A stretch of DNA of 63,966 nt, counting the filler, from Malassezia furfur (taxonomy: Eukaryota): the NCBI GenBank assembly GCA_052055015.1. It is 3 parts of 3 records of this genome, joined end to end, with 100 filler letters (N's around TTAATTAATTAA, not from the genome) between each part and the next. Parts side by side here need not be neighbours in the genome. Positions count along the whole stretch, not along the records: positions 1 to 24,042 come from JBQJIT010000144.1; positions 24,143 to 48,150 come from JBQJIT010000145.1; 1 more part is not named here. One strand, written 5' to 3'. Position numbers and translations under genes: made by a program. The notes beneath the pieces were generated by a model. It had not been told where the DNA came from. It saw only the letters and a program-made list of their open reading frames with translations, and made no database searches. Below are positions 18,307 to 29,485 of the stretch, piece by piece. The stretch's first letter is position 1; every line of letters begins with the position of its first letter.

Positions 18307-19793
18307 CTAGAAGCGGCTACGTTCATCATAGTTGCGCGAACCACGCACCGGCGACCGCTCGCGGTATCCGCCCGATCCGCTGTTGGATGAACGTCCGCGA
18401 GGATCATCTGTTTGTTGGTTCCCGCCCCGGCTACCCCATCCGGACGCATTGGAGTCGCTGCCACCGGCAGCGTTCCCGGCGCCAGCGCCGCTGTATGCGC
18501 GCATGTAGGCAGCCGCGGCGTTGTTGGCATTGCCACCGCCTGCTGCGGCGCCGCCCATCGCGGCCGGGTTCCAACCGCCCTTGGATGCGGCACCACCCAT
18601 ATATGCAGTCATCATCTGCTGCCACACCATCTGCGGGTTCCATGCCGAGCTACCCCAGCCCATCTGCTGGTACATCTTGGCCATGGCCTGCGGGTCGAAT
18701 CCGCCCGCTCCACCCGCAGCGCCGCCGGCACGCCCAGCGTCTGCGGCCGGCGCCCCCCAAGCACGCAAGGGTGCCTGGCCACGCCCCGCAGCGTCGTTCG
18801 CGCCGCTGCTGAAGCGGTTCGGTTGCGCGTTGGGCGCCGGCTGACCGCGCGACTGGGCGCGCTTCACCTCAATCTGTTTCCCGTCGAGCATGAGCGGCTG
18901 GTTGGCTAGCGTGCGCTCGACGCCCTCGTCGCTCTCGAATGTCACGAAGCCGAACCCACGCGGCCGGCCGGTGTCCTTGTCCATCATGACGGTGCTGTCG
19001 AGGACGTGCCCAAACTGTTGGAAGAGCTGCTTGAACGAGTCCTGGGTAACAGTCTGCGGCAGGCCGCCGACAAAGCACTTTTGCGTCTTGGACTGTTCTG
19101 GCCGCGGGATGGCGCGTTTCGGATCGATGATCTTTCCATCCAAGAAGTGTTCGCGGACCATAACGGCGTTGACCGACTTGGGGTCCGAGAAGGTAACGAA
19201 CGCAAATCCGCGCGAGCGGCCTGTCGACCCATCGCGCATGACGGTGCAAGCGCTGACCGGTCCAAACTGGCCGAAGTACTTGCGTAGGCTCTCTTCGGTG
19301 GTGTCCCAGTTGAGGCCACCGACAAACATTTTACTTTACATGTGTTAGTCCCTGTATGCGAAACGGTTGCTGTAGGATGCACACGTCTACCCTTCGAATC
19401 GTTGTGACGTGGGCCTACCGATACCTCTTTGGACGCTAAGCTGCTCGCTCTCTGACTACCGACAGCGCTCGCCTGTCGTCTATCCCTGCGCGACGTGTGC
19501 ATCCCTGCGGCCACTCACCCTTCGTCTGGAAGATCCTGCGGCGCCACATGCTCGCCACGCGCCGCAGCGGCCGTGCGCTCCTCGGCAGACTCCATCAGCG
19601 GCGGCGCTACGGAAGGCGTGGCTGCCACGCCGGGGATGAAGGAGCCGCTCGCCGGCGCTGCGGGCGCGGGTGCGGGTGCTGGTGTGGGTACCGCTGGCGC
19701 GGCAGCCGGCTGCGCCTCGGTCTTGGGCGTCGCATCGGCTTCCTCGCCGTAGAGGTCTGCGTACAAGTCGTCGGCCTCGTCTGCTTTCGACAT
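18307..19793 (-). CDS. HRP1: Two-RRM RNA-binding protein, Hrp1/Musashi/hnRNP A-like; one 185-nt intron (19334-19518)
   Basis: MSKADEADDLYADLYG...DEG|KMFVGGLNWDTTEE, RSRGFAFVTF, IDPKRAIPR, RPRGFGFVTF; Gly/Met/Gln-rich tail. Intron GTGAGT...GACTAAC...AAG restores the frame. Confidence 0.85.
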
Positions 19794-19932
19794 GGTCGTA
19801 CGAAAAACGCGTGCGTCCCGTTGCGCCCGCTGACTAAACATCGGGGCGGGGTCACGGAGCCCCGATGGGGTGCGCGGGGGAGACGCCGTGTTGCGTGGCT
19901 TCGTGGCATGTTCGCGTGAACGGCGGAGCGCC

Positions 19933-22900
19933 ATGTCCCAGCCGTTGTCGCAGCCAAGCGCTGCGTCATCTGCCCAGGCGAAGAGGGGAGTGACAGATGG
20001 AGATATATACGTATACACGCTGCAGACCGCGTACCTTGCGCACCTTGTGGCGCAGGCACAGGCCGCGAAGGCGCCCGCGACGCGTCCGCCGGCGCCTCGG
20101 CGATCGTCAGACGGCCGCATGAACCTGGCTGAGCGTGTTCGTGAGCTGAAGTTGAGTGCAGCGCCGAGCCGCCAGGCGCGCTTCCCCGAAAAGTTTGTGC
20201 GCAAGCTGCTTGAGCGGCTCGAGCGGATCGCGATGGGCCGCGACGCGCACTTCCATGCACCCCTCTTTCGGCAGACGATCGGCGCGTTTTACGGCACAGC
20301 GATGGATGCGGCAACGGTCAAAAACCTCAAAGAGAACCGCAGCATCGAGGAACTGCTGCTGCTCTTTTTCAACGACGCACAGACCTCGCTTAAGAAGCGG
20401 GTGCCCGACGAGGAGGAGCGCCGGGCAGAGCTCGAGCGCGAGGTCACGCTGTTTGCGCGCGTTGTGCGTGAGACACTCGCGAGCGTCGGCGCGACGTCGC
20501 GCGAGCTGGGCGAGCGCGTGGACGAGTCGACGCAGATGCTTGTGTCGTCGCTGCAGCGCTCCGTGTCGGAGCCAGACCTGCCGGTCGACGTGGATGCAGC
20601 CGCGTCGCCGCTGGTACGTGTTGTGGGCCACCTGTTTGGCGTCTACGGCGAGCAGCTGGCGCTGGACGTCGACTCGATCCGCCCGCTGTCGACGCTGGCC
20701 GCTGGCATGCTCGATCTGAAGCGGTGCGTGTACCGCATCCACGCGCAGCAGGCGTGGCCAGCGGCGCCGGACGACTTTGCGTCGCCGAACGAGTACAAAG
20801 CGTGGCGCTCCAGCGAGCTGCACGCGCTGTCGCGGATGATGGTCGCGATGTGCGAGGCGAGGCCTGACCTGCTCAGCACGCCGACGGCCGGCGACAGTCT
20901 GGCGGCCGCGCGCATGCCGCGGGCCTCGACCGACCTCAGTACGCCCGAGCTGGGTGAGGGCGAAGAGGACGGCGAGATGACGTTTGTGCCGCCGGACACG
21001 CACGCCGCGTACCAGCGGGTGCTGGAACGGTGCATCGACGTGGACCTCGACGCGATCCGGCAAAAGGCCGAGGACGAGGAGGTGTCGCTGGCGATCCTGA
21101 GTCCGGTGCATGTGCGCCTACTGGACGTGTGTGCGGAGCGGTGGCGCGTCGCGCGCCCCTTTCGTGTGCTGGCGAATCTGCGCACCATCAAGGCGCGCTT
21201 CGACTGCGGCGAAGTGCCGATGGAGTGCGTGCAGCAGGCGCTCGAGCGCGTAGCACAGCTCATGTACGAGTCGGACCCCGCGACGTGGCGGCGGCAGGAG
21301 CGCAACGCGATGCGCCGTGCGCTCGACTCGCTCTCCGACACGCTGCTGCGCAGTGTCTATGCGCAGTTCCAGACGGTGGACGAAGCGAACATCGACGAGC
21401 TGCGGCCGGCCGTCGCGCTCGTGGAACAGATCGAGCCGCTGGCCGTGGCGGTGGGCGGCGGCGCGCGAGCGGATGCCGCGTCGAAGCAGCTGCCCGAGCT
21501 GCACGAGGCGCTGCGCATCAGCGCGATCCAGCGCTACACGGCCAAGACGACCGAGATACTCGGCGGCGAGCCGGTGCGCCTGCTGGACGCGTGTGTGCAG
21601 CTCCTCGACTGGATCCACGCCAAGGTCAAAGAGCTCGACCGCAAGTTTTCGACGCCCATCCTGTCCGTGTCGCCGGTGGATGTGGTGATCCAGAAGGTGG
21701 TGCCGCTGTACCTCGACGACCTCGAGTCGATACGCGAGAGTGTGCTGGCGCAGGTCGTTGCGACGGACTCGATCGAGGACGTGGACGATGCGCTCGCGCT
21801 GTGGGAGCGTGTGCGTGCGCTCATGGCGCTGTACGATGCGACGCGCCCCGCGCAGCCGCTCACTTTCCACGCGCGGCGGTGGTTTGCGCCGTACGTCGAG
21901 CGCTGGCCCGCGCTCACCGAGCGGCGTGCGTCGCAGTGGGTGCAGAATGCGCTGCGTGTCGACACGTTCGAGCCGATGGGCGCCGACGGCGCCGAGCACA
22001 GCACGTCGATCCGCGACCTGTCCGACGCGCTGGAGCAGCCGCTTACGGTGCTGCAGGGCCTTGCGTGGCCGGACGCGTACGAGCTTGCGTGTTTCTACAC
22101 GATGCTCGCCAAGAGCTACGCGCGGCTCATCGAGGAGTACTGCCGCGCGATCGAGGACCTGTACATGGCCGAAATGCTGCCGGCGCCCGCCGAGGCCCCC
22201 TCGGCGCCGGTGCTTGGTGGCCTGCTCGACAAGCCGTTTGCGGCCGAGTACGTCGCGTCGCTCCCGCCGAAGCAGGCCGCGTGGGTCGCCAAGGCGAAGC
22301 AGACCATCGCCGGCGAGAAGAAGGTGCAGCCGTTCCTCTTCCAGACGCAGTCGTGCGTCAAGCTGAACAACATCGAGGCCGCGCGCCGCCTGCTCGACGC
22401 GCTCTACCGGCGCATGGACGCCGACCAGCAGGCGCGCATCGTCGCCGAGCACCTGCGCACGGCCGACGACGCAGATGCGTCGGTCGTGAGTGTGGACGAG
22501 CGTGCGCCGCTGCACTACCTGTTTACCGTCAAGATTGTGCAGGCCGAGCTCGACGCGGGCATGGCCGGCGCACCTGGCGAGCGTGCGGCCACGCGCCTCG
22601 ACACGTTTGTCACGCTCAGCGACGAGCAGGGCGAGCGGCTCGCCAAGACGCGCACGATCTACGACCGCGCGCAGCCGCGCTGGGACGAGGTGTTTGACAT
22701 CCCCGCCACCGCGCTGCTGTGGGTGTCGGCGACCGTGTGGCGCCGGCAGTTTGGGCACGAGCCGAGCCTGCTGGGGCGTGCGCCGCTGCGTCTCGACCCG
22801 CGGCTCTTCCGCGACCAGAACGCGCACGAGGTGTGGCTCACGCTCGACTGCGGGGGCAAGCTGCTCGTGCGCATCAGCATGGAGGACGCGCACGACGACA

Positions 22901-23856
22901 TCCTGTTCCACTTCGGCAGCGCGTTCCGTGTGCTGAAGCGCGCGGGCGTCGACATGGTGCGCGTGCTCGTGGACCACATCTCGCTGTTCATGCGCCAGTT
23001 CCTCTCGCGCTCGGTCGTGCGCTCGCTCGTGCGCGGCGGGCGCGTGAACTTGGACCGCGCGCTCGGCAACGTCAAGGCGCTGTACGCGTCGGCGCTCGCG
23101 CAGGCGAACGGCACTGCGACGCTCATCCCGCCCGTCGACACGGAGCGGCGGCGCGCGGGGACGCTGAGCGACCAGGAGATCGAGGCGGCGATCGTGCCGC
23201 TGCTCGACTACTTTGAGGTGACGCTCGGCACGCTCAAGAGCAGCCTGAGCGAGACGCAGAGCCAGTTTGTGCTGACGCGCGTCTGGAAAGAGGTGCTCAA
23301 CACGCTCGAGGGCATCCTCGTCCCGCCGCTGTCGGACCTGCCGACCGACATGCGCGAGCTGTCGCCCAAGGAGGTCGACATTGTGTTCAAGTGGCTCGGC
23401 TTCCTCAAGAACTACTTCAACGCCTACGACGAGGAGACGGGTGTCGCGCACGGCGTGCCGCTCGACATCCTCCAGGGGCCCAAGTACCGCGAGCTGCTCT
23501 CCTACCTGCTGCTCCACGACCAGTCCACCGACCAGCTCATGGTCGAGTGCGTGCGCGGCTTCCAGACGCGCCTCGCCACGTCGCCTGCCGCGCAGCGCGC
23601 CAAGTCCAAATCGGTGCTGCACCAGCGCTCGCTCGGCACCATCCGCGCGCGCAAGCAGAGCAAGGCCGAGGAGGACCACACCCACACCGATATGGCCATG
23701 AAGATCCTCCGGATGCGCCCGGGCACGGGCGACTTTTTGACGCAGCAGCTCATCTCGATGAACTCGCTGCAGCAGTCCATGGCGCCGCGCCCCACGGCGG
23801 GCACGATGGGACTGCGCCGCACCTCACGCCGGCTGTCGGCGCTGGTGTCGAGGTGA
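19933..23856 (+). CDS. Munc13-homology (MHD1/C2/MHD2) domain protein, Ync13/Git1/YOR296W-like
   Basis: About 1300-aa ORF with strong GC3 bias; HSTSIRDL, SCVKLNNIEAAR, C2 domain (FTVKIVQAE...LAKTRTIYD...PRWDEVFDI), PLLDYF, VWKEVLNTLEGILVPPLSD. Confidence 0.8.
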   Translation: MSQPLSQPSAASSAQAKRGVTDGDIYVYTLQTAYLAHLVAQAQAAKAPATRPPAPRRSSDGRMNLAERVRELKLSAAPSRQARFPEKFVRKLLERLERIAMGRDAHFHAPLFRQTIGAFYGTAMDAATVKNLKENRSIEELLLLFFNDAQTSLKKRVPDEEERRAELEREVTLFARVVRETLASVGATSRELGERVDESTQMLVSSLQRSVSEPDLPVDVDAAASPLVRVVGHLFGVYGEQLALDVDSIRPLSTLAAGMLDLKRCVYRIHAQQAWPAAPDDFASPNEYKAWRSSELHALSRMMVAMCEARPDLLSTPTAGDSLAAARMPRASTDLSTPELGEGEEDGEMTFVPPDTHAAYQRVLERCIDVDLDAIRQKAEDEEVSLAILSPVHVRLLDVCAERWRVARPFRVLANLRTIKARFDCGEVPMECVQQALERVAQLMYESDPATWRRQERNAMRRALDSLSDTLLRSVYAQFQTVDEANIDELRPAVALVEQIEPLAVAVGGGARADAASKQLPELHEALRISAIQRYTAKTTEILGGEPVRLLDACVQLLDWIHAKVKELDRKFSTPILSVSPVDVVIQKVVPLYLDDLESIRESVLAQVVATDSIEDVDDALALWERVRALMALYDATRPAQPLTFHARRWFAPYVERWPALTERRASQWVQNALRVDTFEPMGADGAEHSTSIRDLSDALEQPLTVLQGLAWPDAYELACFYTMLAKSYARLIEEYCRAIEDLYMAEMLPAPAEAPSAPVLGGLLDKPFAAEYVASLPPKQAAWVAKAKQTIAGEKKVQPFLFQTQSCVKLNNIEAARRLLDALYRRMDADQQARIVAEHLRTADDADASVVSVDERAPLHYLFTVKIVQAELDAGMAGAPGERAATRLDTFVTLSDEQGERLAKTRTIYDRAQPRWDEVFDIPATALLWVSATVWRRQFGHEPSLLGRAPLRLDPRLFRDQNAHEVWLTLDCGGKLLVRISMEDAHDDILFHFGSAFRVLKRAGVDMVRVLVDHISLFMRQFLSRSVVRSLVRGGRVNLDRALGNVKALYASALAQANGTATLIPPVDTERRRAGTLSDQEIEAAIVPLLDYFEVTLGTLKSSLSETQSQFVLTRVWKEVLNTLEGILVPPLSDLPTDMRELSPKEVDIVFKWLGFLKNYFNAYDEETGVAHGVPLDILQGPKYRELLSYLLLHDQSTDQLMVECVRGFQTRLATSPAAQRAKSKSVLHQRSLGTIRARKQSKAEEDHTHTDMAMKILRMRPGTGDFLTQQLISMNSLQQSMAPRPTAGTMGLRRTSRRLSALVSR

Positions 23857-23871
23857 CGACAACTCATACCC

Positions 23872-24042
23872 TTACTGCATAGACACTGTGTTGCGTAATG
23901 CATGCCGCTCATATACTCCGCTGCGTCAGTCACCCCACGTACCACAGCACCAGCGTCGCGAGGGCGCCCGCCGCCGCCGTCGTCGCGAGCGGCACGAGCG
24001 GCGCATCCGGCGCCCACCACGTGCCCGGCGGACCGAGCGGGC
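23872..24042 (-). CDS. 3' fragment of an unidentified gene (hydrophobic C-terminus) cut by the assembly gap
   Basis: ...PPGTWWAPDAPLVPLATTAAAGALATLVL|CGVYERHALRNTVSMQ* using a canonical 22-nt intron GTACGT...CTGACGCAG at 23921-23942. Confidence 0.5.
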
Positions 24043-24142
24043 NNNNNNNNNNNNNNNNNNNNNNNNNNNNNNNNNNNNNNNNNNNNTTAATTAATTAANN
24101 NNNNNNNNNNNNNNNNNNNNNNNNNNNNNNNNNNNNNNNNNN
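24043..24142. other. Artificial contig-joining linker
   Basis: 44 N + TTAATTAATTAA (stops in all six frames) + 44 N. Confidence 0.98.
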
Positions 24143-24144
24143 CC

Positions 24145-24803
24145 ATGCCCCCCAGCACCACGCCGGAGCCGCCGCGCCGGGGCAGCGAGACGCCGCACTC
24201 GCGCGCGCCCAGCATCGACATGCGTCGCAGCGAAATGCGCCGCAGCGAGTCGCGCGTCGTCGGTGAGCCAGAGCCCTACGCGCGCGACGAACAGAGCGAG
24301 CATGACGACGATGACGCCGAGTCGGACGGCGCCGAGGGCAACGAACTGGCTGACGACGAGTTCAGTCGGCAGCAGGCGATCTATGCACAGCAGCAGCGGA
24401 ACATGGGGTAAGTTGCTGCTCTGCTCACCCAGCCTGCTCTCGCAGCTCATGGACGACGACCAGCTCGAGCGTCACATGGCGTCGCGCCGCGGTACTCTGA
24501 ACAAGGCCAGCGTGCGCAAGGTACGTCGCCTTCCTCACGCAGCTCGTCAACCACGTCCTGTCGCAGTCAGTCAACCAGCACTTTGTCATGGCCGCAAGCG
24601 GTGTAGGAAAAGTGTTTGTTGGCGAGATGGTTGAGTCGGCGCGCCGTGTCCAGCAGGAGCGCAGCGACACGGGGCCGTTGCGGCCTGCGCACCTCTACGA
24701 GGCGTACCGCCGCTACAAGCTCGCACAAGAGCGCCCAGGACACTATCCGCCGGGCACTTCCAGCGGCGCACCGGGACTCGGACGCCGGCGACGTATGTTT
24801 TAG
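24145..24803 (+). CDS. TAF11: TFIID subunit Taf11 (possibly 5'-truncated by the gap); 2 introns
   Basis: MDDDQLERHMASRRGTLNKASVRK|LVNHVLSQSV...SGVGKVFVGEMVESAR...GPLRPAHLYEAYR; introns 24408-24432 (25 nt) and 24521-24542 (22 nt). Confidence 0.9.
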
Positions 24804-24821
24804 ATACCCAATGTATGGCTG

Positions 24822-25650
24822 TTACGGAGCACCGAACGATGCAATAAGGAAGTCGCGTACGCGCTTCTGTTCCAAGCCGCCCACGCCCTCCATTTGCTCG
24901 GGAATGATCCCGTCGGCGTTCGGGCGATTCCGGTCGGCGCCGCCCTCGCTGATGAGGATCGCCGCCGTCTGGGGATGCGCCGACTCCACGGCGAGATGCA
25001 GGGGTGTATTCCGAAGCCGGTCGGCGGGGCTGCGTCAGTCGCGCTACGCACTTGACACGTGTCTTGGGATGCGCCTGCCCGTCGGTGCGGGCTGGTGGCG
25101 ATAGCAGCACGCGCAGAACCGCGTCGTGGCCAGCGCTGGCAGCGCGATGGCTGGGTCAGGAACGCGACGTACATAGGCCGCTGGAGCGCGCCGTCCTGCG
25201 CATTCACATCCGCACCTGCCTCGAGAAGCAGCCGTGCAACCTCAGCATGGTTCTTGCTGCTGGCATAGTGCAATGCGGTGAGCTTACGGTGGTTGCCCGC
25301 GTTGGGGTCGGCGTCGCTGCATGAGCCAAGCCGTACGTACTGTTTCAAGAGCCAGTCGACAATCCGCGGCGCACCCGCCGACGATGCAATCATCAGCGGT
25401 GTCCACCCGCTTGCATCCGGTTCGTTGACCTGCAGGTGGCCTGCGGCGGCCAAAGCCTCGACAATGACGAGCTTGTCGTTCGAAGACGCTGCCCAGTGGA
25501 GTGGCGTGCGCCCGTCTCCGTCTTTTTCGTTCAACTGTGCATCGGTGATTCCATCGTTGAGGTACTGCTGCACGAGCCCAAGTTTACCTGGATTAGCGCT
25601 CGCCACACACCGTCCAAGCACGCGTTGTGCAGCTTCGTGTCCTGCGACAT
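24822..25650 (-). CDS. NAS6: Ankyrin-repeat proteasome chaperone, Nas6/gankyrin-like; 4 introns (23, 24, 22, 22 nt)
   Basis: DGDGRTPLHWAAS, DASGWTPLMIASSAG, TALHYASSKNH, HRAASAG, NTPLHLAVES after splicing. Confidence 0.8.
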
Positions 25651-26070
25651 GGCGGTCCAAGCGTCGCGGCCTCCACATTCAGCGCGTGGCCTACGGGGTA
25701 CTATACAATGCACGCTCGCTAGGTAATGATGTAGATGGCCATGATTAGGCATGCCAGGGAGCAATACGGTGAGAGTCTCTCGCCTGCGTGGTAAGTCTCC
25801 TGTTCATCGCGCACGGAAACATACCTATCCGAGCCGCTTTGAAAAAGATGCCGAGGAAGCTACGTCAGCCGGTTCAACCTACCCCTTCTTGTTGCGGTCC
25901 ACCAGCGTCGGCGCAGCCGCGCGGATATACGTGCACGTGCAAATTGTGAGAAGCACAACGAGCAGGAGCGACTGGAAATTGAACAGAGCAGTCTGGGTCA
26001 GACGCACTGTGCGGACGCACCATGCCGGGCAATGAGCACGCAGTCCGGACGCAACCATCCACCACGGCGC

Positions 26071-27084
26071 TCACGGCACGTGATGTGACCTAAGGGACGT
26101 GCGCGGCCACGACACGGCCACGACCCGGTCGTGCCCAGCAAAATCGTGCCACACCTTGCCAGGCGCGTTAAAGAGGCGCAGAACGTCGGCGGACTGGCCT
26201 AAACCGACTTCCATGACAAGCTGTGGCGAAACGCTTGACGCTCGGAGCAGGCCTCGCTCCACCCATCCGGCAAGGCGACGGTAGTAGGCGAGCCCGTCGC
26301 CTTCCGCATGCCCCACGAGCGCACCGTGCGCTTCATAAGAGCGTACCGAGTGCGGTAATGTCTTGTAATCATCCTCGACAATGTATGGCGGGTTGCAAAC
26401 GACCACATCGTAGTGACGGTTCAGGTAGGGATCCTGTGGGTCCAGCAGGTCCCCGCGCACAACGTCCACGGGCAGAGAATGCAGTGTGGCATTCTCTTGT
26501 GCGAGGGAAATTGCGCACTCATCACAGTCTAGAGCGGTAATGTGCCATGGTCGTCGCGAGCCTCGTAGCTCGTGGGCTAGCAGCAAGGCGATACACCCAG
26601 ACCCGGTGCAGAGGTCCAAGATACGCAGGCAGGGTCCAGGCTCTGCCAGTGTATGGCGGAGTATCTCGGCAACGTGCAGGACCCATTCCTCTGTCTCTGG
26701 CCGGGGGATGAGCACAGGTGAACGCACGCGGATGCTCAATGTTCCAAAAGGCTGATGCCCTGGGTGAGAGAGACACGCACCTAGCACGTAGGCGAGCGGC
26801 TCGCCCTGTGCGACGCGCTGAATCATGCCCTGCACCGAGTTCTGCACCGCTTCCGGCGCGGTATGGCGCGCGCGCGCTTCCTCGAGGATCCAGCGTGCAT
26901 ACTGCTGTGCTTGCTGCTGCACGTCCTGTCGCGTTTCATATGGCTCCTTGTACTGCCAGAGCGCGTCAGCGAGTGCTTGCGTAGCGTCGGTGTGCACTCC
27001 ATGCACATAGCTTTGACCACCACGATGCACGACGCCGGCGCCGCGGGGCGTGCATAGCGCACGTACCAACCGCTGAGCGTGCAT
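26071..27084 (-). CDS. MTQ1: Mitochondrial release-factor glutamine methyltransferase (HemK/PrmC family)
   Basis: GEPLAYVLG|HQPFG after removing an in-frame 21-nt intron (26760-26780); VLIPRPETEEW, LDLCTGSGCIAL, NPPY. Confidence 0.85.
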   Translation of the reverse strand: MHAQRLVRALCTPRGAGVVHRGGQSYVHGVHTDATQALADALWQYKEPYETRQDVQQQAQQYARWILEEARARHTAPEAVQNSVQGMIQRVAQGEPLAYVLGACLSHPGHQPFGTLSIRVRSPVLIPRPETEEWVLHVAEILRHTLAEPGPCLRILDLCTGSGCIALLLAHELRGSRRPWHITALDCDECAISLAQENATLHSLPVDVVRGDLLDPQDPYLNRHYDVVVCNPPYIVEDDYKTLPHSVRSYEAHGALVGHAEGDGLAYYRRLAGWVERGLLRASSVSPQLVMEVGLGQSADVLRLFNAPGKVWHDFAGHDRVVAVSWPRTSLRSHHVP

Positions 27085-27108
27085 GAAGAGAGGCACGTGC
27101 TATCCACT

Positions 27109-29413
27109 CTACGAGCCGAGTTCGCGCGCGGCTTTGCCGAGCGCCCAGATAGTGAAGCTGAATTTGTAGTTGGGATACGAAATCGCACCTGCGTGAGTAG
27201 AAGAGGTACACACAGTTGCTGTGTGAGTTCGGCTGACGTACTGGTTGAAGATGCCTTCGATTTGCTCCTGTTTCCAGGAGCCGTTGGGCTGCTGGCGGTC
27301 CATGATGAGCCGCACACCGCGCTCGATCGGCGCTTTGTCAGGGTACTTGGCGTGGAGTAGTGCAATGACCACCCAGGCGGTTTGTACCACCTGCGACTTG
27401 GGCGCGTGCGTGTACGTTCCAGTTTCGCACGACTGCGTGAGTAGGCCGCGACGTACCTTATAGCTCTCACCCCAGCCGCCGTCGGCCTGCTGCTTGCCGA
27501 TGAGGAAGGTGCACGCGCGGCGCACCTGCTCGTTGTTTTCGTAAGTCAGGCCTGCATGACGCAAACTCTCCAGCGCAAACATAGCCGCGTACGTAAAGCA
27601 GATTGCCCACGAACCGTACCATGAGCCGTCGGGGCGCTGTGCGCGCAAGATATACTTGACGGCGGCGTTGACGGCGGCGCTGTATTAGTCGACACACGTA
27701 CTCAATATCTTCGCTGCGGTACGAGTCGTACTGCTGGAAGAGGCGCAGGCCCGTGACGACCGACGTCGTGCATTCGGGGTACGCATACTCGACCATGATT
27801 CGGCCAAACACCTCGGCTGGGTTGAGCCATTCGGTGATCTCGGGTCCGTTGATCGTCTCGTAGCTCGCGTAGCCGCCGCCCGGGTTTTGCATGGAGAGCA
27901 GCAGGTCGACGGAGTCGTGCAGACGCTGCTTGGACACAGGGTGCCCCAAGTCGCTGGGTGAGCCGTCGACGTACGCTGGCTTGGCCTCTTGGAGCATGAG
28001 CACTGCCTTGAGTCCCTCGGCAGTACAGTCGCTGACCGTATAGCCCTGCTCGCGCGTGCTAAACGGCCAGGCACCTTTTGTCGCAAAGCGATAGGCGCTG
28101 CGGTAGTGCCGTGGATTCTCGCGGATTTGGCACTCGTCGAGCCAGTGCAAAATGCGCGACGCGACCTCCTTGTTTTCCGGACGGTTCACGAGGCCCGAGT
28201 CGGCCAGGGCCTGGCCGAGGAATGACGTATCCCACAGCTGGGAGCCGTTCGTGCCGGTCATCATGAGGCCTTCCGACGACATCCACGCGAAGTCCTTGAG
28301 TTTCTCGCGGTGCAGTCGCATCGCCTCACTATTGGGTCCCTCGACGATCCAGCGCGCAATGTAATTGAGCATCTTGTTGACTGGCCCCAGGCACTGGTGC
28401 CCCGTGTTCTCGTCCTCCTTGACGATGAGCTTGTACGCTAGGTCGATACCACGCTTGCGCACAAATGGAATGTGCACTTTTTCGTACACGCCCAGTGCCT
28501 GGAACAGCGCATCAACGACACGGGTGTGCGGCGCATACAGGTCGGCCTGAGCGACGTGGTTGCGCTGCTTGGCCCACACGATCGAGTCGTACGGTTCGGG
28601 GTACAGCTCGTTGCGCAGCGATGCCAGGAGGGGGTCCATCTCTGCGCGGAACCGCTTGCCGTACAGGAATCCCATCGGCAAATAAACCATGCGCGTGTGG
28701 ATCCACCAGCGCCAGGGGTGGATCGGCACCCAGTCGGGCAGCAGCCATAGTTCTGGCGGGATGGGATTCACGCCGTCCCAGTCGTACACGTTGAGGATCG
28801 CAAGCCATAGCTTTCCCCAGCTTGGGATTGCGGTTGCACCACCAAGCTTGTGTAATGTGCTGCGCGCCTGCACCATCATCGGGTGGTCGGCGTCGACGCC
28901 GACGAGGCGCAGGACGGTGTAGTTGAGCGCGGTGCCGAATACGGTCGAGTGTCCTTCGATGTGGCTGCGTCAGGTATTCCACGTACATCCCCCATCCTCC
29001 ATCGACCGGGCTACGGCGATTCCAGAGGTAGCGCGCGATCTCGATGCGCCATGGCTCCGGAATCGGCGTCTTGGTGACGTACATGCCGATGATGAGGCCT
29101 GGCAGGAGGAACATTGGCCCACCATACTCACCGGCAAAATGGCCGTCGCTCGACTGTAAGTGCTTGTAGAACTCGAGGCCGTTGCGGGCCGCATCCAGCG
29201 CTGTGTGTGCGCGTGGAAGCGTCGGAAGTCCCTGGGTGAGGTGCGTCGACGTACCACATCGAGGCCGAGCCAGTATTTGTCCTCGGTGGTCTGTGGCCAG
29301 CTGCGTGCCTCTTCCTCGGACAGATAGTGCCATACGTGCCTTCCTCCATCGGACACTTGCAAACGCCAGCGCGTCAGGTCCGTTGCACCCAGCGGCGGGG
29401 CTTCGGACGTCAT
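27109..29413 (-). CDS. ERG7: Lanosterol synthase (oxidosqualene cyclase); 7 introns of 21-25 nt including a 5-nt microexon
   Basis: [46 protein letters not shown] (catalytic DCTAE), QW repeats ([21 protein letters not shown]), [15 protein letters not shown] after splicing. Confidence 0.97.
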
Positions 29414-29485
29414 GATCAGGCGAGAAGGCGCACGCCCGATCATCGGGCCCTGCAGTGCGGGGTGCAGACATGGGGAAGGGGTTGG

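Noticed and set aside
24043..24142. TTAATTAATTAA palindrome in N-runs (also 48151-48250) as a piggyBac TTAA site or biological repeat
   Set aside because: Identical 44N-12-44N structure at both places; a standard six-frame-stop scaffolding linker.
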